Notes: generated by a model from the letters alone, not told the origin. Shown: positions 17,433 to 27,794, numbered from the stretch's first letter. The stretch: 64,000 bases of DNA from Nitrospira sp. (GCA_047150005.1 AP038806.1:2144001-2208000); one strand, 5' to 3'. Numbers and translations are program-made.

Positions 17433-20063
17433 ATGAGCACAGAATCGGCCGGCGGCTGTTGCGGGAGTCGGCATTCGGGAGAGGACAGCATGGACGAGAA
17501 GATGGCATCTTCACATACGGGATCTGAAATCGACCCAGTCTGCGGCATGACCGTGGACCCTGCCGCAGCGGCGGGACGCCATGATTACAATGGCAAGACC
17601 TACTATTTCTGTGCCTTGTCTTGTCTGAACACATTCAAGGCTGATCCCGAACGGGTATTGCGGCTGGCTCCGGCCGGTCTCATTTCATTGGGCAAGAAAA
17701 AACCCTTGCCGATGATGATGCCGGCTCATGCCGACGCGGAAGGCGCCGAAATCGATCCTGTCTGCGGGATGACGGTGCGGCCTGCGACCGCCGCCGGATC
17801 GCACGTCCACGAAGGTAAGACGTACTACTTTTGCTCCAAGGGGTGCCTTGCCAAGTTTCAGGCCGATCCGGCTTCCTATCTCGCTTCTCCATCCCAGCGC
17901 AAGCCGCAGGGTGTCGCGGCGCCGGCCGGCGGGACGATCGAATATATCTGTCCCATGGATCCGGAGGTGCTCGAGTACAAGCCGGGCGCCTGTCCCATCT
18001 GCGGCATGGCGCTGGAGCCGAAGGTCGTCTCGCTCGACGAAGGACCGAATCTCGAACTCAGGGACATGACCAGACGTTTCTGGGTCAGCCTTGGCCCGGC
18101 TGCGCTCGTGATGGTGCTCGCCATGGCGCACATGATTCCCGGTGATCCCTTCGGAGCGGCCGGCCGTGGCAGCCTGTTGAATTGGGTGCAATGGGTGCTG
18201 GCGACCCCTGTGGTCCTATGGGGCGGCTGGCCGTTTTTTGAGCGGGGATGGGCCTCGGTCGTCAACCGGGCGCCCAACATGTTCACGCTCATTGCGCTCG
18301 GCACCGGTGCGGCCTATGCGTACAGTACGGTCGCGACGATGGCGCCGGGATTGCTGCCGCCGTCCTTTCACTTGCATGACGGGTCGGTCGCGGTCTATTT
18401 CGAAGCGGCGGCCATGATTACGGTGTTGGTCCTGCTCGGCCAGGTTCTCGAGCTGCGCGCACGGAGCCAGACGACCGCCGCAATGAAGGCGCTGCTCGGA
18501 TTGGCTCCCAAGACGGCCCGGCTGGTGGGTACGGACGGAAGCGAAAAGGATACGCCGCTTGAGGCGGTGAAGGTGGGGGACCGGCTGCGAGTGCGACCGG
18601 GGGAGAAGGTGCCGGTGGATGGGCTTGTCGTCGAAGGGACCACCTCGGTGGATGAGTCTATGATTACCGGGGAACCGATGCCGGTGGAGAAGCAAACGGG
18701 CAGCGGGGTGACGGGAGGAACGATCAACGGAACCGGCGGCATCCTCATGGAAGCCCGGCGTGTCGGCCGGGACACCTTGTTGGCACGCATCGTTCAGATG
18801 GTGAGCGAAGCGCAGCGTACGAGGGCGCCGATTCAGCGGGTGGCGGACGTGGCTGCCGCCTATTTCGTTCCGCTGGTCGTGGCGGTCGCGGTGCTGACGG
18901 CATTGGCGTGGGCCGTCTGGGGGCCGGAACCGCGGCTGGCCCATGCGTTGGTGAACGCGGTGGCGGTGTTGATCATCGCCTGTCCTTGTGCGCTGGGGTT
19001 GGCGACGCCCATGTCGATCATGGTCGGGACCGGGCGGGGTGCCACGGCCGGGGTGCTGATCAAGAAGGCTGAGGCGCTGGAGATCCTGGGCCGCGTGGAT
19101 ACCCTGGTAGTCGACAAAACCGGAACGCTCACAGAGGGAAGGCCGAAACTGGTAACCGTGCGGTTTACTCCTCCCTGGACCGACGACGAGTTGCTGAAGC
19201 TGGCGGCGAGTCTCGAACGCGCCAGCGAGCATCCGCTGGCTTCCGCGGTGGTCGCCGGGGCGGAGCGCCGAGGAATTGCCCTGAGCTCTGCCGAAGGGTT
19301 CCGATCCGTGACCGGCAAGGGCGTGATCGGGCTGGTGTCGGGCCGCCGTGTTGCCGTGGGCACGCCGGTCTTTCTGCAGGAGGAGGCGGGAGTATCTGAG
19401 GATGATCTGCGCGCATTGAACGAGGAGGCCGCATCGTTGCGACGGGAAGGACAGACGGTCCTGTTCGTCGCGGTGGACGGCCGGGTCGGCGGGTTGCTCG
19501 GCGTCACCGATCCGATCAAGTCCACGACGGCGGAGGCCGTGAAAGCTCTGAGAGACGAAGGTGTCAAGCTGGTCATGGTGACGGGCGACCATCGCGCTAC
19601 GGCGGACCGTGTGGCCGGACAATTGGGAATCGAATCGGTGCATGCGGGCGTGCTGCCGAATCAAAAGGGACAACTCATCGCCGAGCTGCGGTCGAAAGGC
19701 CGGATGGTCGCTATGGCCGGGGACGGCGTCAATGATGCGCCGGCCTTGGCCTTGGCCGACGTGGGGATCGCCATGGGGAACGGAACCGATATTGCGATGG
19801 AGAGCGCCGGCGTGACGCTGGTCAAGGGCGATCTCCGCGGGTTGGTCCGAGCCAGGCGATTGAGTCAGGCCACGATGCGCAATATCCGCCAGAATCTCTT
19901 CTTCGCGTTCGCGTACAACCTGCTCGGCGTGCCCATCGCCGCGGGGGTTCTTTATCCGCATTGGGGACTCCTGCTCAGTCCGATGATCGCCAGCGCGGCC
20001 ATGACGCTCAGTTCGGTCTCCGTCATTTCCAACGCGCTCCGGCTCAAAAAGGTGTCGTTGTGA
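17433..20063 (+). CDS. copA: Cu(I)-translocating P1B-type ATPase with two YHS domains and a heavy-metal-binding domain
   Basis: DPVCGM x2, YICPMD..CPICGM, TGEP, CPC, DKTGT, SEHP, GDGVND, YN and MxxSS motifs. Confidence 0.96.
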   Translation: MSTESAGGCCGSRHSGEDSMDEKMASSHTGSEIDPVCGMTVDPAAAAGRHDYNGKTYYFCALSCLNTFKADPERVLRLAPAGLISLGKKKPLPMMMPAHADAEGAEIDPVCGMTVRPATAAGSHVHEGKTYYFCSKGCLAKFQADPASYLASPSQRKPQGVAAPAGGTIEYICPMDPEVLEYKPGACPICGMALEPKVVSLDEGPNLELRDMTRRFWVSLGPAALVMVLAMAHMIPGDPFGAAGRGSLLNWVQWVLATPVVLWGGWPFFERGWASVVNRAPNMFTLIALGTGAAYAYSTVATMAPGLLPPSFHLHDGSVAVYFEAAAMITVLVLLGQVLELRARSQTTAAMKALLGLAPKTARLVGTDGSEKDTPLEAVKVGDRLRVRPGEKVPVDGLVVEGTTSVDESMITGEPMPVEKQTGSGVTGGTINGTGGILMEARRVGRDTLLARIVQMVSEAQRTRAPIQRVADVAAAYFVPLVVAVAVLTALAWAVWGPEPRLAHALVNAVAVLIIACPCALGLATPMSIMVGTGRGATAGVLIKKAEALEILGRVDTLVVDKTGTLTEGRPKLVTVRFTPPWTDDELLKLAASLERASEHPLASAVVAGAERRGIALSSAEGFRSVTGKGVIGLVSGRRVAVGTPVFLQEEAGVSEDDLRALNEEAASLRREGQTVLFVAVDGRVGGLLGVTDPIKSTTAEAVKALRDEGVKLVMVTGDHRATADRVAGQLGIESVHAGVLPNQKGQLIAELRSKGRMVAMAGDGVNDAPALALADVGIAMGNGTDIAMESAGVTLVKGDLRGLVRARRLSQATMRNIRQNLFFAFAYNLLGVPIAAGVLYPHWGLLLSPMIASAAMTLSSVSVISNALRLKKVSL

Positions 20064-20089
20064 CGTTCCGATCGATCGATCGAGCCAGA

Positions 20090-20118
20090 TTGACAACCGT
20101 TGAGCAAGGCGTTAACGT
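20090..20118 (+). promoter_or_regulatory. Sigma70 promoter of the cus operon leader (probably leaderless mRNA)
   Basis: TTGACA-17 bp-TAACGT, with ATG 7 nt after the -10 box. Confidence 0.6.
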
Positions 20119-20125
20119 TAAACGC

Positions 20126-20500
20126 ATGAAGCCGGATCTGACCGACCGCATGCGAAAGGGGATGGCCTGCGCACTCATCCTTCTCTTTGTCGGATTGAGC
20201 TTCAACGCCTATGCCTGTCTCTTGCCGGTAAGCAGTGTCGTCTCTTCCAAGATGGATAACGGTTGTTCGACTCCGGATGAGCAACCGGCTCGCCAGATTT
20301 GCGATGCCTTTAAGACGCTCGGCCTGCAGTCCGTTACCCAAGGCTCTGCCTCTGGTGGCGACTATGCCCTGTGGTCTCAAGACACCCTGTCGTTCTCTCT
20401 CCTCATCGGGTTCGCCGCCCATCGCGGCGGTCTGTATGATCGTCCCACTGAACGTCCTCCTCAAGATCTTCTGCTGAAAATTTCCGTGCTCCGCATCTGA
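20126..20500 (+). CDS. Small secreted Cys-containing leader-like protein upstream of cusCBA (RPP...LRI C-terminus)
   Basis: Signal peptide AYA-C, further Cys residues, ends ERPPQDLLLKISVLRI. Confidence 0.7.
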   Translation: MKPDLTDRMRKGMACALILLFVGLSFNAYACLLPVSSVVSSKMDNGCSTPDEQPARQICDAFKTLGLQSVTQGSASGGDYALWSQDTLSFSLLIGFAAHRGGLYDRPTERPPQDLLLKISVLRI

Positions 20501-20618
20501 TCCCTCCGGCCTTTCCTTTGTAGTCCACCTCGCTCATATGTCCGTCGTTCGTCTCTGCGTGCCGTCATCGTCGGCCGGCGGACGAAGGACTGATTGTGTG
20601 GAACAGGGAGGCATTGCC

Positions 20619-21899
20619 ATGACACGCCATGGAGGAGTGTTGAGTCTCGCAACCGCGGTCCTGTTCGTCCTCTCGGGCAACGGTGGGTCGTCGATGGCCC
20701 AAGACGCGGTGTACGAACCGTTAGCGTTACCGAAATTGATCCAGGAGGCCCTCGCTCGAAATCCCGAGATCGTGGCGGCGCGTCAACAATGGGAGGCCGC
20801 AACGAATCGGATCGCCCAGGCTCGCTCGCTGGAGGACCCGACCCTGTCCGTCCAGCTCTGGAATTTTCCACAGACCTTCAACGTGACACAGGCTCAGAAT
20901 ACCATCTTCGGCCTCTCGCAAAGTTTCCCCTTTCCCGGCAAGTTGGCGCTCAAAGGCGAAGTGGCAAGTCGCTCGGCCGACATGACTGAGCAGGCGTTGC
21001 GGGCGAAGGAACGAGAGCTGATCGTCCGGCTCAAGCAGGGCTACTACGATTTGTTTCTCGCGCAGAAAGCGCTTCAGATCCATCACGAGCAGGTGGAGCT
21101 GCTCAAGCAGTTTGTCGAGATTGCGAATGCAAAGTTCCGCGCAGGTAAGGGAAGTCAGGCCGATGTCCTCAAAGCCCAAGTCGAGCTGTCCATGCTCCAC
21201 CAGCATCTCCCCGTGCTGGACCAGCGACGCGAGACCGCCGAGGCGATGTTGAGTACGCTTCTTGATCGTGATCCTGCCTCGCCCTTGGGAGGTGTACAGG
21301 AGCCGCCCCAGGCGCCGATAAACCAGACCGTCGAGGACCTGCATCGTCTCGCGCTGAACGCCAGACCGGAGTTGAAAGCAGCCGAGCTGGCGGTGCAACG
21401 AAATGAGCAGTCCCACACGCTGGCCGAGCGCCAGTATTATCCGGACTTCAACGTGGCCTTCCAGAGCTTCCAAAACTTTCAGGCCAATGACGGGTTCGGC
21501 GCCTACGTGGCGATGAGCATCCCCTTCGCCTTCTGGACGAAGCCGAAGTACGACGCCGGAGTGCAGGAAGCCGCGTCGGCGGTCGCAGCCGCGCGAGCAC
21601 AGCACCATACATTGGAAAACCAGACCCGCTTTCAGATCAAAGATCTGCTGGCCAAACTGCGGGCGACAGACCGGGTTGCCACGCTGTACCGAACCACGAT
21701 CTTGCCTCAGGCAGAACAGGGCCTCGCGTCTGTGCAGGCGGGGTATCGCACGGGAAAGACGGGACTACTCGATCTCATTGAAACCGAGCGGGCATGGCGA
21801 GGGTTTCAGCTTGAATACTTCAAGGCCATCGTGGACCGACAGCATCGATTGGCTGAGCTTGAGCAGGTGGTAGGAATCGATTTGGATCGGCAGAGCTAA
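20619..21899 (+). CDS. TolC-family outer membrane efflux protein (CusC-like)
   Basis: AL..NPEI, SQSFPFPGKL, YYPDF, outer-membrane-factor helices; first gene of an RND operon. Confidence 0.9.
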   Translation: MTRHGGVLSLATAVLFVLSGNGGSSMAQDAVYEPLALPKLIQEALARNPEIVAARQQWEAATNRIAQARSLEDPTLSVQLWNFPQTFNVTQAQNTIFGLSQSFPFPGKLALKGEVASRSADMTEQALRAKERELIVRLKQGYYDLFLAQKALQIHHEQVELLKQFVEIANAKFRAGKGSQADVLKAQVELSMLHQHLPVLDQRRETAEAMLSTLLDRDPASPLGGVQEPPQAPINQTVEDLHRLALNARPELKAAELAVQRNEQSHTLAERQYYPDFNVAFQSFQNFQANDGFGAYVAMSIPFAFWTKPKYDAGVQEAASAVAAARAQHHTLENQTRFQIKDLLAKLRATDRVATLYRTTILPQAEQGLASVQAGYRTGKTGLLDLIETERAWRGFQLEYFKAIVDRQHRLAELEQVVGIDLDRQS

Positions 21900-21923
21900 C
21901 ACAGGGCTGAAGGAGGGAGATCC

Positions 21924-23696
21924 ATGATTCAACGCACATACATGAACAGCTTGACGATTCTTGCCGTGGCGATCGGCGTGATCGCCGGAGTCGCAATCGG
22001 CTTCTTTGCCGCGCATCGGACGATGGGCGACATGGGTGGGGCGTCTCGCCCCGAAACGAAGGCCGATGGGATGGCAGGCATGGCGATGCCAGGGCATGAC
22101 CAAGGGCAAGGCCCAGGGCAAGCGATGGACATGCCGGGCATGCCCGGCATGTCTGTCGCTCCGTCCGGGGCGGTCGCGATTCCAGCCGTGGCGAGGCAGT
22201 TGATCGGGGTCCGGAGCGCGCCGGCTGCGCATGCAACATTGGAGGAAGACATTCGCACGGTCGGCACGGTCGGCTACGACGAACGCGGCTTCACGCAGGT
22301 TACGTTGAAAACCTCCGGGTGGATACGAAACGTGTTCGTCGATTCGATCGGTCGACCGGTGCGAAAAGGGGAACCACTTTTCACCCTCTACTCGCCGGAC
22401 CTCCTGACGACCCAGGACGAATATCTGCTGGCTCTCAAGACCCAGGCCAGCGTGGGCGCCAGTCCGCTCGATGAAGCCAGGGCCAATGCGGTTGCCCTCG
22501 TGAGCAGCGCGCGGGAACGTCTCCGACTGTGGGATCTGACCGACAGCCAAATCGCGGCCCTGGAGCGTCGCGGCAAAGCAGAGCCGGTGCTCACAGTCTA
22601 TGCCCCTTCCTCAGGGATCGTCCTCTCGCGGGAAGCAGTGCCGGGGAAATATGTGGAGCCCGGCACGGTGCTGTACGAGATCGCGGACCTCACCATGGTC
22701 TGGATCTCCGCCGACATCTATGAATCGGAAGTGGCGACCACAAAGGTCAGTCAGCCGGCAACGGTCACCTTCGCCGCCTATCCGGGAGACACCTTCCGTG
22801 GCGTCGTCTCCTACATTTACCCATCACTGAATACTGAAACCCGCACAGTGCGGGTGCGGCTGGAACTGCCGAATCCCGGCCTCAAGTTGAAGCCGGGCAT
22901 GTATGGGAATGTGACGTTGTCCACCGGTTCGGCCAAGACCTTAGTCGTGCCGAAAGAAGCGGTGTTGGAAACCGGGCTTCGCCAACTCGTGTTCGTGGAT
23001 CGGGGGCAGGGCCGGTATGAGCCGGCTTCGGTCAAGCTGGGTCGGCGAAGCCAGGATTACGTGGAGGTGAGGGAAGGACTCTCAGAAGGAGATCGGATCG
23101 TGACCTCCGCCAATTTCCTATTGGACGCGGAGAGCAAGTTGGCATCCTCCTCCAGCATGCAGGCCATGATGGGCCGGATCGGCATGGCCGATTGGCAGAT
23201 GCGCGGCGCCCATGAAGGGAAGATGGCCATGGGTGAAGCGGGCGTCTCGGCGCCCGCAGGGGGGGCGGGTGAGATGCACATGGAAGGGATGCCGGGGATG
23301 CAGGACATGGGCATGGAAGGCATGAAGGGGATGAAAGGAATGAGTGCCCCGAACGCTATCGTGGTCGCCGAGACCCGACAGGCTGCCGGGTTCTCCATGA
23401 CGTTGACGACGGTGCCGGAAAAACCCAAAGCCGGTGAAGTGCTCCTGAGGCTCAAGCTCGTCGATCAGGCTGGCAAGCCGGTGACGAACGCGCAAGTCAC
23501 GTTTGTCTACACGATGCCGATGCCGGGGATGACCGATTCCAAGGCTGCGGCTGCTCACACCAAGGACGGTCTGTATGAAGGCAAGGTCATGTTTGGCATG
23601 GGTGGCGCCTGGGTGGTGACGGTCCACGTGACAATGCAAGGGCGACCACCGATCGCGGAAAAGTTTCAGTTCATGGTGGGCGGGGGAGGGATGTAG
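21924..23696 (+). CDS. cusB: CusB-type periplasmic adaptor with Met-rich segments and C-terminal YtkA/FixH-like domain
   Basis: GWI...V.KGEPL..LYSP.L..Q.EY, LKPGMY, SANFLLDAES; MPGM repeats; YTMPMPGM...G.W domain. Confidence 0.9.
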   Translation: MIQRTYMNSLTILAVAIGVIAGVAIGFFAAHRTMGDMGGASRPETKADGMAGMAMPGHDQGQGPGQAMDMPGMPGMSVAPSGAVAIPAVARQLIGVRSAPAAHATLEEDIRTVGTVGYDERGFTQVTLKTSGWIRNVFVDSIGRPVRKGEPLFTLYSPDLLTTQDEYLLALKTQASVGASPLDEARANAVALVSSARERLRLWDLTDSQIAALERRGKAEPVLTVYAPSSGIVLSREAVPGKYVEPGTVLYEIADLTMVWISADIYESEVATTKVSQPATVTFAAYPGDTFRGVVSYIYPSLNTETRTVRVRLELPNPGLKLKPGMYGNVTLSTGSAKTLVVPKEAVLETGLRQLVFVDRGQGRYEPASVKLGRRSQDYVEVREGLSEGDRIVTSANFLLDAESKLASSSSMQAMMGRIGMADWQMRGAHEGKMAMGEAGVSAPAGGAGEMHMEGMPGMQDMGMEGMKGMKGMSAPNAIVVAETRQAAGFSMTLTTVPEKPKAGEVLLRLKLVDQAGKPVTNAQVTFVYTMPMPGMTDSKAAAAHTKDGLYEGKVMFGMGGAWVVTVHVTMQGRPPIAEKFQFMVGGGGM

Positions 23697-23698
23697 CA

Positions 23699-23761
23699 GG
23701 GGTCAGGAACCATTTGTCGGAACGACCCGAAGGGCGCTGTGCGCAAATGGTTCCTGACCCC
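23699..23761. repeat. Perfect 18-bp inverted repeat (REP-like)
   Basis: GGGGTCAGGAACCATTTG (23699-23716) / CAAATGGTTCCTGACCCC (23744-23761). Confidence 0.85.
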
Positions 23762-23911
23762 AAACAGGCCCCAGGCAAAGACTGATGGAGAAACCAGATT
23801 GGCATCAGGATCTGGAGGATAGAACCCGAGAGAAGGGTGGCAATGACTTCAAATGGGATCGAGGATGGGACGCAACCTCTTACACTGTTCTTGATGAACA
23901 GGGGAAGGTGA

Positions 23912-24247
23912 ATGATGAAAACATTACTGGTTGTACTGGTCATGGTTGGCGTGGTGGCGTGTACGATCATCGCTCCTCCTCCACAGGAGTTGGTGGCAAA
24001 GAATGATCATGCGGCTCTGGCGGTCTGGTATGAGAAGGAGGCGGCGAACCTTCGGCAAAAGGCCAGGGAGATGGAAGTCATGATCGAGGAGTACCGAAAG
24101 GATCGGGAACGAGGAGGCAAACTGATGATCCACCTGCCTAAGTTTGATTTTGTTCAGGAGTGCCACAATCTTGCAGTCATGTATACGAACGCAGCAACAC
24201 AAGCAGAGAACATGGCCAAATCTCATCGAGAGATGCCTCGATCCTGA
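23912..24247 (+). CDS. Small helical lipoprotein, hypothetical
   Basis: Lipobox VVAC; DH.ALA..YE.EA...C..L...Y..AA......H pattern. Confidence 0.75.
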   Translation: MMKTLLVVLVMVGVVACTIIAPPPQELVAKNDHAALAVWYEKEAANLRQKAREMEVMIEEYRKDRERGGKLMIHLPKFDFVQECHNLAVMYTNAATQAENMAKSHREMPRS

Positions 24248-24362
24248 CAGGTCAAGCGGAGGGCACCGGTTCTTGGCTATCACTTGAGTCTCAATGACGG
24301 CCATCGAGTTCGGCTGCATCACATAGCTACAGAGCTGTCGAGGATTGCCAAAGGGAGACAGG

Positions 24363-27300
24363 ATGATCGAACGTGTCATTGATTGGAGCGCCCGGAATCC
24401 GGTCCTTGTCATCCTCATCTCGCTGTTGCTGGCTGCCTGGGGTATGTGGGCAGTCTTCGAGGTTCCCCTGGACGCGATTCCCGACCTCTCCGATGTTCAG
24501 GTGATCGTCTACACCGAATGGCCGGGCAGAAGTCCGACGTTGATTGAAGATCAAGTCACCTATCCGATCGTCACCTCTCTGCTCGCCGGTCCGAGGGTCA
24601 AACGGGTGAGAGGTGTCTCGGAATACGGTTTCTCCTATGTGTACGTGATCTTCGAAGACCGGACCGATTTGTATTGGGCGAGAAGTCGCGTCCTCGAATA
24701 TTTGCAGAAGCTGACCGGCAAGCTGCCGGCCGGCATCTCGCCGACGCTGGGCCCCGATGCGACCGGTGTCGGCTGGGTCTATCAGTATGCGTTGATGGAC
24801 GAGTCCGGCACGCACGATCTGGCGCAGCTTCGGAGTCTCCAAGACTGGTCTCTGCGCTACCAACTGGAAAGTGTGCCGGGCGTGGCGGAAGTCTCGGCGA
24901 TCGGCGGGTTCGTCAAGCAGTATCAAATCGAGGTCGATCCGAACACGTTGGCGGCCTATCGGTTGTCGATCAAGACGGTGATCGAGGCGGTCCGCAACAG
25001 CAATGCCGAAGTCAGCGGGCGTGTCTTGGAAATGGCAGGGACCGAATACGTGATTCGAGGGCGAGGCTACCTGCGTTCTGTCGACGAGATAGAACTGATC
25101 CCGGTCGGGACGGATGGAAGAGGGACGCCGATCCTGGTGCGAGACATTGCTCACGTGCAGATAGGTCCCGACCAGCGGAGGGGGATCGCCGAATTGGACG
25201 GCAAGGGCCAAACGGTCGGCGGCATCGTCATCATGCGGGCCGGAGAGAATGCGTTGGCCGTCATCGAGCGGATCAAGGCACGGATTGCGGAAATCAGGAC
25301 GAGCTTGCCGAAGGGCGTGCACATCGTCACGACGTATGATCGGTCCGATCTGATCCATCGGGCCATCGCCGTGCTCCGTGAAAAGCTGCTGGAGGAGAGT
25401 GTGATCGTCAGTCTGGTGGCCCTGCTGTTCCTCTTTCACCTGCGAAGCGCGCTTGTGGCGGTCCTCATTCTGCCTGTGGCCGTGTTGCTTGCCTTTATCC
25501 CGATGGCCTACCTGAAGATTACGTCGAATATCATGTCGCTCGGCGGAATCGCCATCGCCATCGGCGCGATGGTGGATGCGGCCATCGTCATGGTGGAGAA
25601 CGCGCATAAGCGGTTGGAGCAAATTCCTCCTGGGAAAGAGGCGCGTCCAATGGGAAGGGAGCCTGCTCCGGCAGGCTCAGGGCGGGAGGGTGTTACGACG
25701 CCTGGGGCGGGTGGGTGTGAAAGCGATCGAATCGACACGATCATCGCGGCTGCGCAAGAAGTCGGTCGCCCCCTGTTCTTTTCACTGCTCGTCATCGCCG
25801 TGTCGTTCCTGCCGATCTTCGCGTTGGAAGGTCAAGCGGGGAGACTGTTTACTCCGTTGGCCTACACCAAGACCTTTGCGATGCTCTTTGCCACAATCCT
25901 CTCGGTCACGCTGGCGCCTGTGTTGATGGTGCTCCTGATCCGTGGGCGGATTCGAGCGGAAGGCAAGAATCCTTTGAGCCGGCTGCTGATCGCGCTCTAT
26001 CGGCCCATCCTCTCAGTTGCGCTGCGAGTCAGGTGGGTGACGCTGGGGCTGGCCGTTGCGGCGGTGGCCGTCACCATGCCGGTCTTTATGCGCCTCGGAG
26101 CGGAGTTCATGCCACCGTTGAATGAAGGCACGATCCTCTACATGCCGACGACCGTGCCGAGTCTCTCGATTCCAGAAGCCACGAAAATCTTACAGGTCCA
26201 GGATCAATTGCTCACGACCTTCCCTGAAGTGGAGCGGGTGTTCGGCAAGATGGGAAAGGCTCCGACCGCGACCGATCCGGCCTTCGTCGGCATGGCGGAG
26301 ATCACGGTCATGCTCAAACCGGAGGCGCAATGGCGGCCGGGCATGACCTGGGACCGGTTGCTGGATGAGATGGACGCGAAGCTGCACATTCCCGGATTCC
26401 CGAACATCTGGTGGATGCCGATTCAGACCCGCACGGAAATGATCACAACCGGCGTCCGCAGTCCCGTCGGGATCAAAGTCCTGGGGCCGGACCTGAAGAC
26501 GATCGAACGAATCGGCATAGAGATCGAGCAAGTATTGGCGACCGTGCCCGGCACCAAGAGCGCGTTCGCCGAGCGACTCAACGAAGGCTACTACTTGGAC
26601 CTGAACGTGAACCGGCGTGAAGCGGCCCGCTATGGTTTGACGGTCGGAGACGTGCAGGCGGTAATCACCTCTGCCATCGGCGGGGAAACCGTCACGACCA
26701 CGGTCGAGGGACGGGAACGTTATCCGGTGAATGTTCGCTACAAGCGCGAGCTGCGCGACGACCCGGACCGGCTCAAACGGGTGCTGATTCCGACGCCGAG
26801 CGGGGCGCAGATCCCACTCGGGCAGGTCGCAGAGCTGGTCGTCACGCAGGGGCCGCCGTCGATCGCGGATGAAGCGGGATCGCTGGCGGGCCTGGTCTCC
26901 GTGTCGGTCAGTGGGCGCGACCTGCGCGGCTATGTCCAGGATGCCCAACGAGCCGTTCAAGACCGCGTCACGTTACCGTCAGGCTACCGGCTGATGTGGA
27001 CAGGCCAATACGAACATCTGGTCCGCGCCGAAGCACGATTGAAGCTCGTCGTTCCCGTGACGCTGGCTGTGATCCTTCTCCTGCTCTACCTGAACTTCCG
27101 TTCGCTGGCGAAATCGTCGATCGTGCTCCTGTCCGTGCCCTTCGCTGCCATCGGGGCGATCTGGTATCTCCACTATCTGAGTTACAACCTCAGTGTGGCC
27201 GTGTGGGTGGGGATCATTGCGTTGGCCGGAGTTGCGGCGGAAACGGGTGTGGTGATGCTCGTCTATCTCGATGAGGCCTACGAGCGACGCTCGCGCGAAG

Positions 27301-27560
27301 GCCGGATGGCGACAGCGCAAGATCTGCGCGAGGCCATCATGGAAGGCGCGGTGCAGCGGGTGCGACCCAAGATGATGACCGTTGCCGCCATCATGGGCGG
27401 CTTGCTCCCCATCATGTGGACGACCGGCACCGGCGCCGAAGTCATGAAGCGGATCGCCGCGCCGATGATCGGCGGGATGGTCAGCTCAACGGTCCTTACG
27501 CTGGTCGTCATTCCGGTCCTCTACTCCATCTGGCGACGCGTGCAGTTCCGTTCCGTGTGA
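24363..27560 (+). CDS. cusA: CusA/CzcA-family heavy-metal RND efflux permease
   Basis: DAIPDLSDVQVI, GPDATGVGW, AMVDAAIVMVEN, EFMPPL.EG, RPKMMT. Confidence 0.96.
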   Translation: MIERVIDWSARNPVLVILISLLLAAWGMWAVFEVPLDAIPDLSDVQVIVYTEWPGRSPTLIEDQVTYPIVTSLLAGPRVKRVRGVSEYGFSYVYVIFEDRTDLYWARSRVLEYLQKLTGKLPAGISPTLGPDATGVGWVYQYALMDESGTHDLAQLRSLQDWSLRYQLESVPGVAEVSAIGGFVKQYQIEVDPNTLAAYRLSIKTVIEAVRNSNAEVSGRVLEMAGTEYVIRGRGYLRSVDEIELIPVGTDGRGTPILVRDIAHVQIGPDQRRGIAELDGKGQTVGGIVIMRAGENALAVIERIKARIAEIRTSLPKGVHIVTTYDRSDLIHRAIAVLREKLLEESVIVSLVALLFLFHLRSALVAVLILPVAVLLAFIPMAYLKITSNIMSLGGIAIAIGAMVDAAIVMVENAHKRLEQIPPGKEARPMGREPAPAGSGREGVTTPGAGGCESDRIDTIIAAAQEVGRPLFFSLLVIAVSFLPIFALEGQAGRLFTPLAYTKTFAMLFATILSVTLAPVLMVLLIRGRIRAEGKNPLSRLLIALYRPILSVALRVRWVTLGLAVAAVAVTMPVFMRLGAEFMPPLNEGTILYMPTTVPSLSIPEATKILQVQDQLLTTFPEVERVFGKMGKAPTATDPAFVGMAEITVMLKPEAQWRPGMTWDRLLDEMDAKLHIPGFPNIWWMPIQTRTEMITTGVRSPVGIKVLGPDLKTIERIGIEIEQVLATVPGTKSAFAERLNEGYYLDLNVNRREAARYGLTVGDVQAVITSAIGGETVTTTVEGRERYPVNVRYKRELRDDPDRLKRVLIPTPSGAQIPLGQVAELVVTQGPPSIADEAGSLAGLVSVSVSGRDLRGYVQDAQRAVQDRVTLPSGYRLMWTGQYEHLVRAEARLKLVVPVTLAVILLLLYLNFRSLAKSSIVLLSVPFAAIGAIWYLHYLSYNLSVAVWVGIIALAGVAAETGVVMLVYLDEAYERRSREGRMATAQDLREAIMEGAVQRVRPKMMTVAAIMGGLLPIMWTTGTGAEVMKRIAAPMIGGMVSSTVLTLVVIPVLYSIWRRVQFRSV

Positions 27561-27670
27561 CGTTCCTTGTTCATCGCGTCGCGGACCTCGCTGCGGCCGC
27601 GCTTGGGAAAACGGCCTGTCTTGGCCGGCAGGGCTGGGCGGGTGAGACCAGCGGCTTTTTTGAACATCCC
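27561..27670. repeat. Partial copy of an intergenic MITE-like repeat
   Basis: Shares CTCGCTGCGGCC, GGGxGGGTGAGAC and the GGCTTTxTGAACAT end with the element at 56579-56743. Confidence 0.65.
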
Positions 27671-27794
27671 ACGTGCTCTTCTCATCGTCTCACTGCGGCA
27701 TGTGGAATTCTGAGTGCTTCGTTTTCCGGCGCATGCTAGGCTACAGGCGTTTTTGAGGCGGCCAAACATGTGCGAATCTAGAAGAGGTTCTCCC

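Noticed and set aside
18216..20096. Long antisense ORFs (626 aa opposite copA; similar ones opposite cusA, htrA, tonB and 55112-56467)
   Set aside because: Shadow ORFs expected from GC-rich codon bias; no recognisable motifs.
20090..20118. CueR/MerR-type promoter for cus
   Set aside because: Spacer is 17 bp rather than 19-20 bp and no clear dyad is present.
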